Positions 1 through 12,899 of a stretch of DNA of 64,000 nucleotides are shown piece after piece; position 1 is the first letter of the stretch, and each line of letters opens with the position of its first letter. The position numbers and the translations under genes were made by a program. The DNA lies in NCBI RefSeq assembly GCF_009914755.1, contig NC_060926.1; one strand, 5' to 3'. The notes beneath the pieces are model-generated. The model had not been told where the DNA came from and searched no databases. It saw nothing but the letters and a program-made list of their open reading frames with translations. This DNA comes from the human T2T-CHM13v2.0 reference genome, Homo sapiens.

Positions 1-3000
1 AGTTGCAATCCTGGCAACCTCAGAGATCAGATTTTTCTCTACTATCTTCTCCACAGTAGAGATTTGTTGTGGCACTCTGCCACCTGTTATTTTTTGTCTA
101 TAACACAAAGAAATAGAGACAAAGTTTTTGCCTCAAAAATGTTTTTCTTGTGGTAGGACCTTGTCTTTATAACCCTCACCCCAGTCTCAATCAAGTGGCC
201 CAGTTTCTGTTTTAGACCGTTATTTAAAATCCTGACTGTTCCAATATACTAATGAGGCACCATTATCTGAGGGCTGTTTTTCAACTGCCCTGGTTTCTTG
301 TTTGTATTACTACTGTCATCTCTTGGCCTAAATATTTTTTATATTTAATGATGCCTTAGTGCTTCTATCCTAGGCTTTTTAGCAAAGGCAGCTAATTTAA
401 AAATCAAATAAATGAGTCTTTCTGGACTTCTAATTTCTAGCTCAAGGCCAGAACTACTAGACAATTAACTCCTTTAGATTTAAAACAAATAGAATATGAA
501 GTTTAATCATGTATTTAATATAATTCAAAATATAAATGATCAAAATAACGTGAAAGCACTTGTTTTGTTGTTCCATGGGATCACAACAATTAAGAATCAA
601 AGTTTCTCTTTCTTTAACTTTTAGAGAAGAAGAAAGACTTCTTAATTCCCAAAGGTAAAGTCCTCATGAATCATGACTTAAAAGCCAGTTTCTTCAACAC
701 CACGCAGGACTATGACTCATACCTTGTCTTTATTTCATGTTGCGATTCCTTAAGAAGGTATAGGTTGGCCAACAGAATTCATCTGGGTAAAGGATGTGAG
801 CCCCAACCTAATCAATATAATCACTATTTTTGTCAGCACTGCCTTTTGTTTTCTTAACATCTACTAATCAGAGGAAGATGGTTGTTTATTTCCACTGGTT
901 CCATCAGCATTTAACTTTCTAAGGACTTACTACTGTGGGCCAAATTTGACTCACTATTTGAGGTTATTAATAGTCTCCATAATGCTACTTCCTGATTGGC
1001 TTGCTACCCTGAACTAACATGGAATTCAATCAATGTTTCCGCACTAGAGTGCATTCATAATTTCAGCGAATGTATTTTGAAGCAAGGAATGGAAACCATA
1101 TGTAAAGTGTAAGAATCAACAAAACTATGTATTTCCTTGGTCTTTGGGTTTGTTTATATCCCTTCTCATCTCAGAAAGAATTCATAGTGCTTCTGTGGCT
1201 GTATTTAAATTAGGATCCTTATACAGGGAACATGAGTTGAACCATCCACATTGTCTTTTGAAAAAGGGATTAAACATACCTCTCAGAACCAGTGCATTCC
1301 ATATTGAAGCAAAGATCACAAAGACTTGTTTCAAAGCTGAACAAGTTTCCACAACTATGCTATTGTCAGGCTACTTCCCATGAGCCACCCTAAGGTCTGC
1401 ACTAGCAAAAAGCCAGCAAAAGCAAACCATGTCCGGCTTTCTCAATACAGATTATCCAACCAACAGCTTAAATAGGTATCATCTGAGTTTTGTTACTTTA
1501 CAAATGTAAGTAGAATATATCATAGTATATTTTTAATTTCACAGTAAGTAAATCAACAATTACTCTAATTCTACTTACATGTGAAATTATTTTAAAATAA
1601 AGAATTTTTGACCAATCAATTTATATTTCAGCTTTATTTCTTTCTTCTCCATTTCATTTTAGTATTCAGATATCTGGTTTCATTTCTGAGAATAATATTA
1701 TGTAGTTGGACTTAATGCCATCATAGCCAATGGAGAATAAAATATACCCAAACGTTTCTATAGGATTGCTCAGCAAATGAATTACCTATAAAAATAAACA
1801 CTAGTATTGTTTTGTCCTAACTACACTGTGAAAATGTGTCTTTCCTCACTCAATAAGGGTATTTTCAGGTTCATTATTTCTGCTGAATAATCTAATTCCC
1901 TGCTTGTGCCCCAAACTTAAACTCAGACAAATGATGTTCTATTGAAGGCATTTGAGGTTACATTGTGATGGGAACATGGAGAGATAACAACACCAACCAA
2001 TATTTGAATATTGCTTTATAATTCACAATGCTTTTCACAGACATTATGCTATATGATACTCTCAAATCACATGATTTTAGCCCAGGGAGAAACTTTAGAT
2101 ATAATATGGTCTAACCTCCTCATACTGAATCCCGGAGAAGTTAGTGATTTGAACAACGACTCAAGGTGCATAAGTATGAGAGCCAAGATTGGAATCCAAT
2201 CCTTAACAATAAAATAGTGAAAATAATCTCACTGAGGTCTCGTGATGATCATATATTCTATCTGTAGTATTTTCACATGTTGTGACATTTTTTTCAACTA
2301 TTCCAACATAACTGTTGGGTTTTTTTTTTAATAAGAAATTATAACCAAGTGCATTGTAGGAACATGCTTAGCCATGATGATCTGAGCCTCAGGTCCCTCA
2401 TCTGTAAAAGATGGCTAATTTGAACATATGCCCTCTCAGGACATGCTGGGCCTTCGTAGCTTGTGTGCTGCTGTCATTTCTTTCAGCCCATTTTGGTGAA
2501 GTATATTTAGTTTACTGACTTAGAATATAAAAGATGCCCAGATGATGGAAATAAAGAGACATTCTTTCCAGATCCGACAGGGGGTGTTATCATTAGAAAT
2601 GGGAGGTGGTTCTTCAAATCTATCTGCCAATATCTGGCTTGATCTCACTTTTGGTTTAGTACAGGCAAATAAAATAGTAGGACAGACACAAATCTCTAGG
2701 TCAGAGGCAGAAACTCTCGAGAAGGCCATATGGTTATTCATACCAGTAAAGGTAACTAATGAAGTACAAATAGCTTTTCTTGTTTACCCTGGAAATCCCT
2801 TCATAGGCAGCTTGTTAGTTGGTCTCAGATTGTTTGGAAAGTCCAAGAACCAACACAGATGAAGTGCATTAATAGACAGTGGTGGCAACAGCCAGGGTTG
2901 AAATGCTAGTGTGTTCTTAGAGTGACTGAACTGTGCTTGTCAAGGAGGGAAGGGTTGTGGAGACCCATTCACCCATTGACCCATCCACCTGACCTTCTCT

Positions 3001-3617
3001 GACACCTCAGGAGGTATATCTGGGCCCTGTCCCCCAGTGAAAATTCTGCTTAATCCCAAAGTCTTGAGATGTGAGGATTCCTACCCACTGATGTTTGGTG
3101 TCTGTCATAAGGTAGGCACTGAAGGCATCCCCTCAACACACATCCAGAGTGCAGGTATTCCCCTCCCCTAACTTTCCTGCCAAGAGTCTCAATTTACCAG
3201 CAAAGAAGTTCAACCTGGGCCACATGGCTGATTCATGATAAGAAGTGTTCTTCAGGAAGAAGCCTCTCCCTACTGTTATTCAGTGATGTGAAATTATAAA
3301 ACTGGAATCCAAGAAATCATGAGTGGCAAGACCCAGTGTATAAATCAGTCCCTGACTTCCATATCTGTGCTTTCCATAAGATGTCACCAGCTCTCTTGTT
3401 GCCTGACATTTAACACTCACAGAGCAATGAGTCAGACAGGCTGGAATAAAACATCAGGCACCTGGGTTTCCTTGTTAACTGCCTGGTAATCATTTGAAAC
3501 ACCACCTCCAGTACCAAGAAACAACAGTCCCTGATGGTGGAAGAATTGGGGCACAAAATCTTGGTATGGAGCATTATGTTAAAATCCCAGCCTTCTATCC
3601 CCATATGAACAGTGACC

Positions 3618-3741
3618 TTAAAAAGAAAATCATGAGATTGAGTCATTATTAACATCCAAGTCTTGTAAACTCTTATTTATTAAAAAGAAAATCATGAGAT
3701 TGAGTCCTTATTGGCATCCAAGTCTTATAAACTCTTAATTA
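3618..3741. repeat. 62-bp tandem duplication (2 copies)
   Basis: TTAAAAAGAAAATCATGAGATTGAGTC...CATCCAAGTCTT.TAAACTCTTA starts at 3618 and again at 3680, with about 5 substitutions. Confidence 0.95.
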
Positions 3742-4266
3742 TACTTTAAATTCTAAGTCCAGCAGCTTAATCACCTGTTTTTAGATTTAGCTGTTGGCTA
3801 CTGAGAGCTTAGAGATTGTGTGGTTTGTTCAGGCAGCCCTAGTAGATTAAATGCCACTTATCATCAGAGAAAGATTGAGAGAGGTACAAAAAAAAAAAAA
3901 GGAGAGAGAGAGATTGGAAAGAGAAGTAATTGTTGTTTGAGCTTACTATTTATATTTCCTGACATTAATTGGTAGCACCATAGAAAGTACCAAAAAGTCA
4001 ACCATGTACTGATGTTAGAAATATAATTTCCAAGTGTAAGTACCACAGTATTCTGGATATCTTGTGTTTCACTTGACGTCTTCAGAATTATGCAAGTGAT
4101 TAACAAAAAAGCCCAATAATATACCCATCTTTTAGTCCATTAGTTTTTGTTTTCAAGTATCAGTTATTAAGCGCTCACTACATGCCTAGTACTGTGGTGA
4201 GAAATTTACTTCCATAATCTTACCTAATCCTCACAACAATTATTTAAGATAAGTATTATTATCTCA

Positions 4267-4567
4267 TTTTTTTTTTTTTGAGACAGAGTCTCGCTCTGTT
4301 GCCCAGGCTGGAGTTCAGTGGCGTGATCTTGGCTCACTGCAAGCTCTGCCTCCTGAGTTCACACCATTCTCCTGCCTCAGCCTCCCGAATAGTTGGGACT
4401 ACAGGCACCCGCCACCACACCCGGCTAATTTTTTTTTGTATTTTTTTAGTAGAGATGGGGTTTTTCACCGTGTTAGCCAGGATGGTCTCGATCTCCTGAC
4501 CTCATGATCCGCCTGCCTCGGCCTCCCAAAGTGCTGGGATTACAGGCGTGAGCCACTGCGCCCGGCC
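4267..4567 (-). mobile_element. AluY
   Basis: Poly-T then full antisense Alu dimer with Y-type diagnostics (GCAAGCTC, TTCACACCATTCTCC, GTGTTAGCCAGGATGGTCTCGATCTCC). Confidence 0.95.
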
Positions 4568-4577
4568 TATTATCAGA

Positions 4578-4940
4578 TTTTTTTTTTATTATACTTTAAG
4601 TTTTAGGGTACATGTGCACAATGTGCAGGTTTGTTACATATGCATACATGTGCCATGTTGGTGTGCTGCACCCATTAACTCATCATTTAGCATTAGATAT
4701 ATCTCCTAATGCTATCCCTCCCCCGAAAATGTGGCACATATACACCATGGAATACTATGCAGCCATAAAAAGTGATGAGTTCATGTTCTTTGTAGGGACA
4801 TGGATGAAGCTGGAAACCATCATTCTCAGCAAACTATCGCAAGGACAAAAAACCAAACACCACATGTTCTCACTTATAGGTGGGAATTGAACAATGAGAA
4901 CACATGGACACAGGAAGGGGAACATCATACACCAGGGACT
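4578..4940 (-). mobile_element. Short L1PA (about L1PA2-4) 3' end with 5' inversion
   Basis: 4578-4724 is antisense L1 3' UTR with poly-T; 4725-4940 is sense ORF2 end (KMWHIYTMEYYAAIK...SLIGGN); flanked by TATTATC(A/T)GATTTT. Confidence 0.95.
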
Positions 4941-5640
4941 ATTATCTGATTTTAAAGGAGAAAAGTGAGACAACTTTCTGATCTCACACAGTAATTAGGA
5001 ATTTAAACTCAGAGTTGTCAGATGCCAGAGGCTACCCTCTAAAGCAGTACACTAGACATCTACCCCAAGATGAACCTGATATTGATAGAATCTCAGTTAT
5101 TGCATTCTGGCATTATTGATTATCTTTGTAAACACTTATTATTTTCACTGCTTTTTCCTAGTTATTAAAGAAAATCTTGATGCTAATGAAGAACACTGCA
5201 CTCCAATTCGTCACTGAATTAATTTCCTGAGTAAGGAGGAGAAGGCGGTATTATTTTCAGGACAAAGATTAGCTTCATCGCTGCCAAAAGCTTGGTGTTA
5301 CACTAGGATGTTAACGATGTGTCATTTTGGAAGTGAATCACGGACATAATCAAATTCCACTTCTGGCAGCAGAGAAGAGAATACAGCTGTGTATAACTCT
5401 GAGCTGGTTCTCTTATTCACATACACCATCTGCTTTCTGTTGCTTTAGATAAAATTTTTTATTTCAGGATTTAAAAATGCTTTAAATTCAATAATTATCT
5501 AACTAGTGAATCATGTGAAAAAAAAACAAGATAGAGACAGCATAATGCTTTGTCTTCTAGTCTCTTCTTGTCTAATGGTATTTCAGTAATGAGGTCTAGA
5601 TACATGGTGACATAGCAGGTATTCCTTTTAATTATCAGCC

Positions 5641-6245
5641 TGAGACAGAATAAGAATGGGACTTTCCCCCAACCATGTCCCATCAAGGACTGCAAGCTGG
5701 TGAGGGGAAGGGCTCCTGGCCAGCAGAGACCCCAATCAGATCATTCAGACCCTGCATCATAATCTTGTGCATGGTGCCATAGCCACTGACTACAGGAAAT
5801 TGAAGAAGCTAAAATAAGCAATTCCCACCATAAATCTTACTCAAGAGAGTCCACCCTAACTCCCACATATGCACAAGACCAGGAGATGACCAACCCTTAA
5901 CCTCAGCTTCATTACTAAAAATCACATACTAAAAATCACACCCAGGGGTAGAGACTTAACATGCAAATGAGACATGCAACATATGAAGAAGCATGTTATC
6001 AAACTGCCCAAGTGCTAACAGTTCCCTGCCTCTGCATACCCAAACACCATTCCTTTCCCTCTGCAGCCCTTTTAAAACTGTCTTTTCATCTCCCTCTGGG
6101 GAGCCAGCCAGAAAATTCTCTCTCTCTGTTGCTGCCTCCTTTATGCCCTGGTGTAAGTTCCAATAAAGACTTGTCTGGGCAAACTCTTTGGGCCTCATGT
6201 CAACTTATATTGCATTGAAGGTCCAAGAACCCAGGGTCAGTAACA
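5641..6245 (+). mobile_element. ERV1-class solo LTR
   Basis: TG...CA termini (TGAGACAG...CAGTAACA), 4-bp TSD AGCC (5637-5640 and 6246-6249), AATAAA at 6162. Confidence 0.85.
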
Positions 6246-7068
6246 AGCCAGCCTTTAGAGTCAGTTGCTCTGGCAAGACCAGGCATTTTGGGGAAGACCT
6301 TAACTCTTCCAGTTCAGTCCTGGCAACTCCTTGGGATATTCACATAAATGGTTCAATGCACTGAGCACAGAGACAGCTTGAGCCAGGGGGTCTTTGCCCT
6401 GGCCAGCTGTAAGGTTATAAGTCACAGTTCAAAGTGAGTGTGAGACTCTCTCAAGCCAAAGTTGGTTTTATCCAATCAAGAAGAACCTTCAATGGAGATC
6501 TCTGGTCTCTACCAAGATAAATTCAGGTCATTCAGAGCAGTCCAGCAATTTCAGGAGCAAAAATAATCAGGCTAGCTCTAGTTCCTAAAAGACGTGAACT
6601 TCTGCAAGGTATTTCATCTCTCTGGGTCCTGATTGCTCATCAGTGAAATGAAAAAAAATACCTTCCTAAACCTCTTATGAATTTAGGAGGCCAAGATGAA
6701 ATAATAAGCGGGAAACACCTTTGAAAGTGCTTTATTCCAGGTGGTGGTGACATCATTAGTATTGTCTATTTGCTGCTGATGACCATCCCCTTACAGGCGA
6801 TCCCTGGACAGCTGTGGATTTTGAAAGTTCATTATATTCTCCCAAGGTTGCAAATTCAGGTAAAGAACCAATATGCATTAACTGGTCACAGGCAAAGAAT
6901 CTTTGTGGGCAGCAGCTTTCAATCTTTTCACCACTCCGACGTGTGTATCAGATGACTTTTACATTTTACACATAGCTAGATTCCTATAGATATAAAACAG
7001 CAACCTAGTTGTACACACATGCCTTTCTTTCCCACTTCAAAAAGTAAGTGGGTGAAAATGAATCCATC

Positions 7069-8790
7069 TGTGATATTGTGAAATATATATTTGGTCTTCT
7101 TTCTTATTTCCTGGCATAGAACTTCTAAAATCCTTGGAATCCCTCAAGTGCTATCTTTTTGTATGCTAATGGTGACTGACAGCTTTAAGATGAGGGCTGG
7201 TCACAGGAAAAACAAAAATATGAATGGGGGGTGGGACTGACAGTCCCCTCCCCAATCTCTCTTCTGGGGATAGGGGAGGAGCTGAAAGTCAAGTTGGTCA
7301 CCTATGGCCAATGGTTTAATCAATGCCTAATGAATCCTCTTTAAGAACTCAAGAGAACAGGGTTCAGAGAGCTTCCAAATAGCTGAACACGTGGAGGTTA
7401 TTGGAGGGTGGCGCTTCCAGGGAGGACACGGAAGCTCCTTAACATACTCTTTCACTTCTACTGAGAGAGGCAGGATGCAGAGAAATCCTAGGCAGACAGG
7501 GGCAGATCCCTGGTGAAACCCCACCTTCAAGCTGAAAAGCCTGAAACCCGTGGCCCAAAGTGAGAACTTCTATCACTGTTTGCCTGCTGTCTCCTGATTG
7601 GCTCTTTCCAAATGATGTCTTTTTACCAATCAAACGTTGTCTTTTCCAAAACTACCTAAGGCCTTCCCCATTCCCCATCCTGTGCTTATAAAGACCCCAA
7701 ATTCAGTCAGTAGAGAGACAGAAGCCACTTGACTGGAGAGAGGTAACTTGACTTCAGAGGGGCAACTGTACTTCGGAGGAGAGATGGTTTAACTTTGGAG
7801 AGGTGGCTTGATGTCAGGGAAGAGCCAGCCAGAGCCAGCTGGACTTTGGGGAAAGATTACCTGCCCACCCCATCCTCTCTCCAGCTCTCCTCTCCTCTGA
7901 AAGCCATTTCCATTGCTTAATAAAATTCTCCACCTTCACCATCCTTCAAGTGTTCCAGCAACCTCATTCTTCTTGGACACTGGACAAGAGCTCAGGACCC
8001 ACCAAGTTCAGGTACCAAAAAAAGGAAGTCGCACTGGCCCTTTGCCCTCACTGGCAGAGGCCAGCTGCCTCACGTGATGAGGCAAGGGGCCCACTGAGCT
8101 GGTAACACACTGCTGTCCACAGATGGTGGAGCTAAGAGAACATTGTACATGTGCTCTGGGGTTTCGGGGGTTGCAGACACCTCCACCTGGGTGCCACCAT
8201 GGGGCCTGCATGGAGCTTGCTTCTGCTGGTGCCCAAAGCAGCCAGCTAGATCCCACACTCACTCACGAGCTCCCTCCTACAAGAGGTTGAGCATGATGGG
8301 CCATATAGATGGGGTATCCCCATCACAAGTCCAATAAAGGGGTTGAGAAAAATCATGCATTACTACCTCTCCGTGTGCAACACTTCATCTATATCCTTTG
8401 TAATATCCTCTATAATAAAACAGTAAAACATAAGCATTTGCCTGAGATTTGTTCCAGTAAATTAACGAAACCCAAAGAGGAGTCATGGGAACCCCAACTT
8501 GAAGCCAGTGGGTCAGAAATTCTGAAGGCCCAGACTTCAGACTGGTGTCTGAAGTGAAGAGGGCAGTTTCGTGGGACTGAACCCTCAATTTGTGGGACCT
8601 GATGCTATCTCCAGGTAGATAGTGTTGGCACTGAATTGGAGGACATCCAGTTGGTATCTGATGCAGGATTAATTGCTCACTTGGTGGTGGAGAGAAACCC
8701 TCCCACACACACACATTTGGTCACAAAAGTCTGTGTTTATTGTGTGTTGTGAGGGCAAAGAAAAAAACATTTGAGAGTTTTTTCCAAACA
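7069..8790 (+). mobile_element. MER21-type solo LTR interrupted by a nested LTR
   Basis: Starts TGTGATATTGTGAAATATATATTTGGTCTTC, ends TTCCAAACA; TSD CCATC/CCATT. Confidence 0.85.
7462..8362 (+). mobile_element. ERV1 solo LTR (LTR1/LTR27/LTR28/MER52 group) nested in MER21
   Basis: TGAGAGAG...AAACCCCACCTTCAAGC...GAGAAAAATCATGCATTA; 4-bp TSD CTAC (7458-7461 and 8363-8366); TATAAA and AATAAA inside. Confidence 0.85.
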
Positions 8791-9687
8791 CCATTCTATC
8801 TATATTTTAAAAAAGAAATACTTCAACAACTTTAACAGTTATTAACAGCAAATTATTTGTGGCACTATTGTGTTATTAACCCTGGGATAAAAGCATTACT
8901 CTAGAGAATAAATTGAACTTTCCTGACTTGGAAGTTCAATTGTTTCTTTCTAATTAGGAGGCATAAAGCCTAATTTAATGCTAAATTACAGTAATTTTGT
9001 TGGCTTGAACTTTTTTCTGTTTTCACTTTTCCCTCTTCTTCACGCTTCTGTAACTATTTTAAACAACTTACTATATATTCATTTTATTATAAATGACTAG
9101 GATCTCTTTTTGAAAAAAGGTGGGATTTAAATCATAGCTGACAAATATATATATTCTGAGATCCTCCAGTTTAATAGTCCAAGCAGTTCATTTATTGCAA
9201 ATGACTTACAATGCAAATCATGTTCTCAAGTAGGAGAAATAGCTAAATTTGAAATTTTCCACTCAATATGTTTACCATAGAGGAACATAAAATTGACCAT
9301 TTTCAATTATTTTGAAAACAATGAAATGGAAATAATAATGGCCTTCTCAAGAAGGGAAAGAATAAAGTGTACACTTTTCATTGTGTTTATATTGCAACTG
9401 TGAAGTATGCCACATGTGGTTTCTAATGGAACTCTTAAAATTTCCCCTGAGTCATCCCAAATTTTATACTTTTAAAAATGCAGTATCTTTTCAATTAGAA
9501 GTGATAGAAAACACCAAATAGTAACCTTACAGAGTAAGAAGCTTATCTGCGTGGTTTCCACGTCTAAAAAGGGCAAGAAACTAGAATCAAATCATGGGAA
9601 AATGTTTTACTGTGTACATGGAGATTCTAAGAAAGACAGTGGTCACAAATTGTATGGGAACAATGGCCTAATTTTTCAGTTATTTTT

Positions 9688-10300
9688 GTGATAGTAGATG
9701 GTTTGCAAAATGGCCCCAATCTGATTTTGCCTTGTGTCAACACTCAGTTTCAAATGATTTTGAAGCTTCTCTAGTCAAGAATGGAGTCTTCTCTTCCTAT
9801 TCCTCCAAGACAGGGACAGTGGTAGGGAAGCAAGTGGCTGTAGAGATAACAGAAGAAGAAGAGATGGAAAGTGACATAGCAGAAGGGGAGGGCCCATATT
9901 TGAATTTGAATTTTGGTAGGCAGTAGTGATAAAGGCTACAACCAGCAGAAGTGATCATGACCAGGAAGAGGTAGGCTTAGGGCTGGAGTTGAGATTTCAA
10001 CATAACGCTGGCTGGAGAATCTGGGCTGGCTTGTCACATGTTTTGCCCAATGCAATGAGGAAGAAGTGATAGGGCACTAGTTCTGAGCCAAGGCCTCCAA
10101 ATACCTTGATTCTATTCTCTCCTTCTTGTTCCTGTGTCTTTGAGGAAACTAGCCTGTTGGAACACAAGATCACACAAGGAACAGAGCTGAGTTGTCCACC
10201 TGAGATCATCCTAGACCTTTCACAGCTGACCATAGACCCATGAGCAAGCCTAGATGACAGCAGCTGACCAGCCCGCTCTTAAACTTATTAAAAATAACAA
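9688..10300 (+). mobile_element. Old MLT1 (MaLR) LTR fragments
   Basis: TTGCAAAATGGCCCCAA, GGAGTCT..TTCC, TTCTGAGCC.AGGCCTC motifs. Confidence 0.55.
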
Positions 10301-10947
10301 ATTCTGTCAGTTTGTATTTCACACTATCCAAGAGTTAAGAATGGCAGAAAATCATTACACTAATTGCTGACTTCAAGAATTAAGACTCAGAAGTGGTGGA
10401 GTTAATTTCCCAAGGTCTGAGCCTACCTGTGACTTAAGCTCTGATCTTCTAGCTCCAAGAGTAGGACCTAAGTTGAAACATGAACACACTAAACTCATTT
10501 GCTGTTTCCCGAATGCCATTGAAATAATACCTTTAACTCAAAATATGGAAGCCTTTTTCTTAACAGTTTCCTTGGGCTTAAAATTCTCTAAGAGACTCCA
10601 AAATGATTTAAAGAACCTTAGATGGGAGAGCTATAATGGGTTGTTCAGGGAAACACAGCTGTTAAGGCAATATTTTCTGCCTTCTTTTGTCATAGTTATC
10701 AGAAATTAAATACCATGTTGAATGGATCATGGCTTTCTCCAGGTATGAGAAGGGTCAAGCATTTTTATACATTTTATACATTTACCTCTGAGCATCAGGT
10801 AAACAATATGGAATATACTTCCAAAAGAGCAAGTGAAATGCTGTGTTTCAAACCAACAGAATCCTATTCAGAGCAAAATGTTGCCATAAGGCCAAGAATG
10901 ATTTTGCTCATCAAAAACACACTATCTGTATTTTAGGTTAGAGCCTC

Positions 10948-11033
10948 AAAGTTCCATAAAGATTGAGTGGAAGTCTATATAAAGTTAGAGTAAAGTCCAT
11001 AAAGTTTAGAAAGTCTATAAAGTTGGAGTGAAG
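10948..11033. repeat. Degenerate ~21-bp tandem repeat, about 4 copies
   Basis: Recurring AAGTC(C/T)ATAAAGTT.GAGT unit. Confidence 0.7.
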
Positions 11034-11240
11034 CACATCTTGGTAGATAGGCATAAGTACTGACTAAACTGCAAAGATTAGCTTCTATTTCTTGTATTAC
11101 TAATATCACTTTTGAATCCCACCTTACCTATAAATCAGCTGAGTACAGATGCAACTTCTCAGGAATGGAGGGTGAGCAGTAAGCACTGTGGTGCACAGAA
11201 ACAAGATCAAGTTGGGAATTGGAGACTTGTGCTTCCTGAA

Positions 11241-11618
11241 TCTTATAGACTGAATTGTGTCCCCTGAAAAGTCATATGTTGTCATCCTAACTCCAGTATC
11301 TCAAAATGTGATTATATTTGGAGATGGGTCCTTTAACAAAGGGATTAAGTTAAAATGAGGTCATTACGATGGGCCTATCCAATATGACTGGTGTCATGAA
11401 AAGAGGAGAATAGGACATTGACATACAAAAGGAAAATCAAATGAGGACACAGCAGAAGTTGGCCATCTATAAGCCAAGGACAAAGGCCTCAAAAGAAATC
11501 AATCCTGCTAACACTTTAATCTCAGATTTCTAGCAATCCAGAACTGCAAGAAAATAAATGTCTGTTGTTTAAGCCACCCATTGGTACTTTGTTCTGGCAG
11601 CCCCTGCAAAAGAATACA
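11241..11618 (+). mobile_element. MLT1A/B-type solo LTR
   Basis: GACTGAATTGTGTCCCC...TTAAGTTAAAATGAGGTCA...AATAAATGTCTGTTGTTTAAGCCACC...AATACA; TSD CTGAA/CTGAG. Confidence 0.85.
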
Positions 11619-12034
11619 CTGAGTTTGAAAGAATACACTGAGGAGATGGTTGATTCAACCACAGCTTCATAACGGAAACACTTAAGGTGTGTAGGTGCAA
11701 ATAAGTTTTTAAGCAATCAATGTTCTAAGACAGACAAAAATAAAGTGCTGTGAGAGTTTAGAGGAGGGAAAGGTTGGCATTTTTCCTTTACCCAGAAAAT
11801 TAAAGCCAAAAGGAAAAATTACAAAGAACATGAGTTTTCAGGAATTGTTCAACCTGACTTGGAGTATTTAACATTTTTATCTACAGGGCTGTCACCTTCA
11901 GCATGTCTATTTTAAAGTAATTTAGAGGGCTCAAAAGATGTAACATTTGGGAGTTGTGCATTGCATTGTAGGAATTCAATATAGGAATAAATTTGCCATA
12001 AATAGTGAGGTATGGATGCTAGATGCTAGAAATA

Positions 12035-12112
12035 TAGGTTGGTGCAAAAGTAATTGTGGTTTTGACGTTACTTTTAATAGCAAACACTGCAACTACTTTT
12101 GCAGTAACCTAA
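12035..12112. mobile_element. MADE1 (Hsmar1 mariner-derived MITE)
   Basis: About 80-bp palindrome TAGGTTGGTGCAAAAGTAATTG...CTACTTTTGCAGTAACCTAA with TA flanks. Confidence 0.92.
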
Positions 12113-12426
12113 TAGAAAGGGGTCTTGAAAGGGATCTCACTCACGTGACCCCTGAGGTTTGGACGGGTAAACTGGAGTCCAGAGATGTTTAGTGACTTGC
12201 CAAATGTCACTCAATGAGTCCAATAATCCAGGGCCAGAACTGGAAACAACGTAGCTTAGGTTGTTAGAAAAACAAGGTATAGAGCCAGTTATTCTATATG
12301 ATAAAAGCAAAATGAGATACATCAATTCACTCCCCAATATAATTAGCAGCCCAATATCTTCGTTGTCTCAATCAGAATAAAATTAATCTCGGTTTACTAC
12401 TAGAATTTCCTACTATAGCATTTTCA

Positions 12427-12485
12427 TTTGTTCAACAATTAACAGTAAATTATTCTTTTGTTCAACCATTAATAGTAAACTATTT
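12427..12485. repeat. About 30-bp tandem duplication
   Basis: TTTGTTCAAC(A/C)ATTAA(C/T)AGTAAA(T/C)TATT twice. Confidence 0.85.
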
Positions 12486-12899
12486 AGCTAACGTCTATAA
12501 AAAATACTGCAATGCCTTCTGCTGTTAAAAATCTTACCCTGTAGTCTCAAAATCAATTCTTCCCTCCTTGATGTAGCACCAGGATAATTGAGTTTCCTCC
12601 TTTCCAGAAATACTGGAGTAGATTCATGAGTCAGACATAGCTTTGGACTATGGAGCTCAAAAACCTGGTTATAAAACAAAATGCTTTTTTGTGTTTCCAC
12701 CTCATGAAGGTAACCCTTACCTCTTCATGACAGGCAGTATGTATAATGGTTAGTAGCATGGGCACTGCTACATACCAGCTATGGAAACATGGATCCACTT
12801 TTTAAAGAGGTGATGATGGTAACAATGATGCCGTCCTCAAGGAATTTGTGAGGACTCCACTCTTTTCTTGGTTCCTCTGCTACATGGCTACTTCTCCTT

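Larger units (their letters stand above)
4170..5040 (-). mobile_element. MIR remnant split by the Alu and L1 insertions
   Basis: TAATCCTCACAACAA...TATTATTATCTCATTTT on the left and ...GATCTCACACAG...GGAATTTAAACTCAG on the right resemble the antisense MIR core. Confidence 0.65.
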
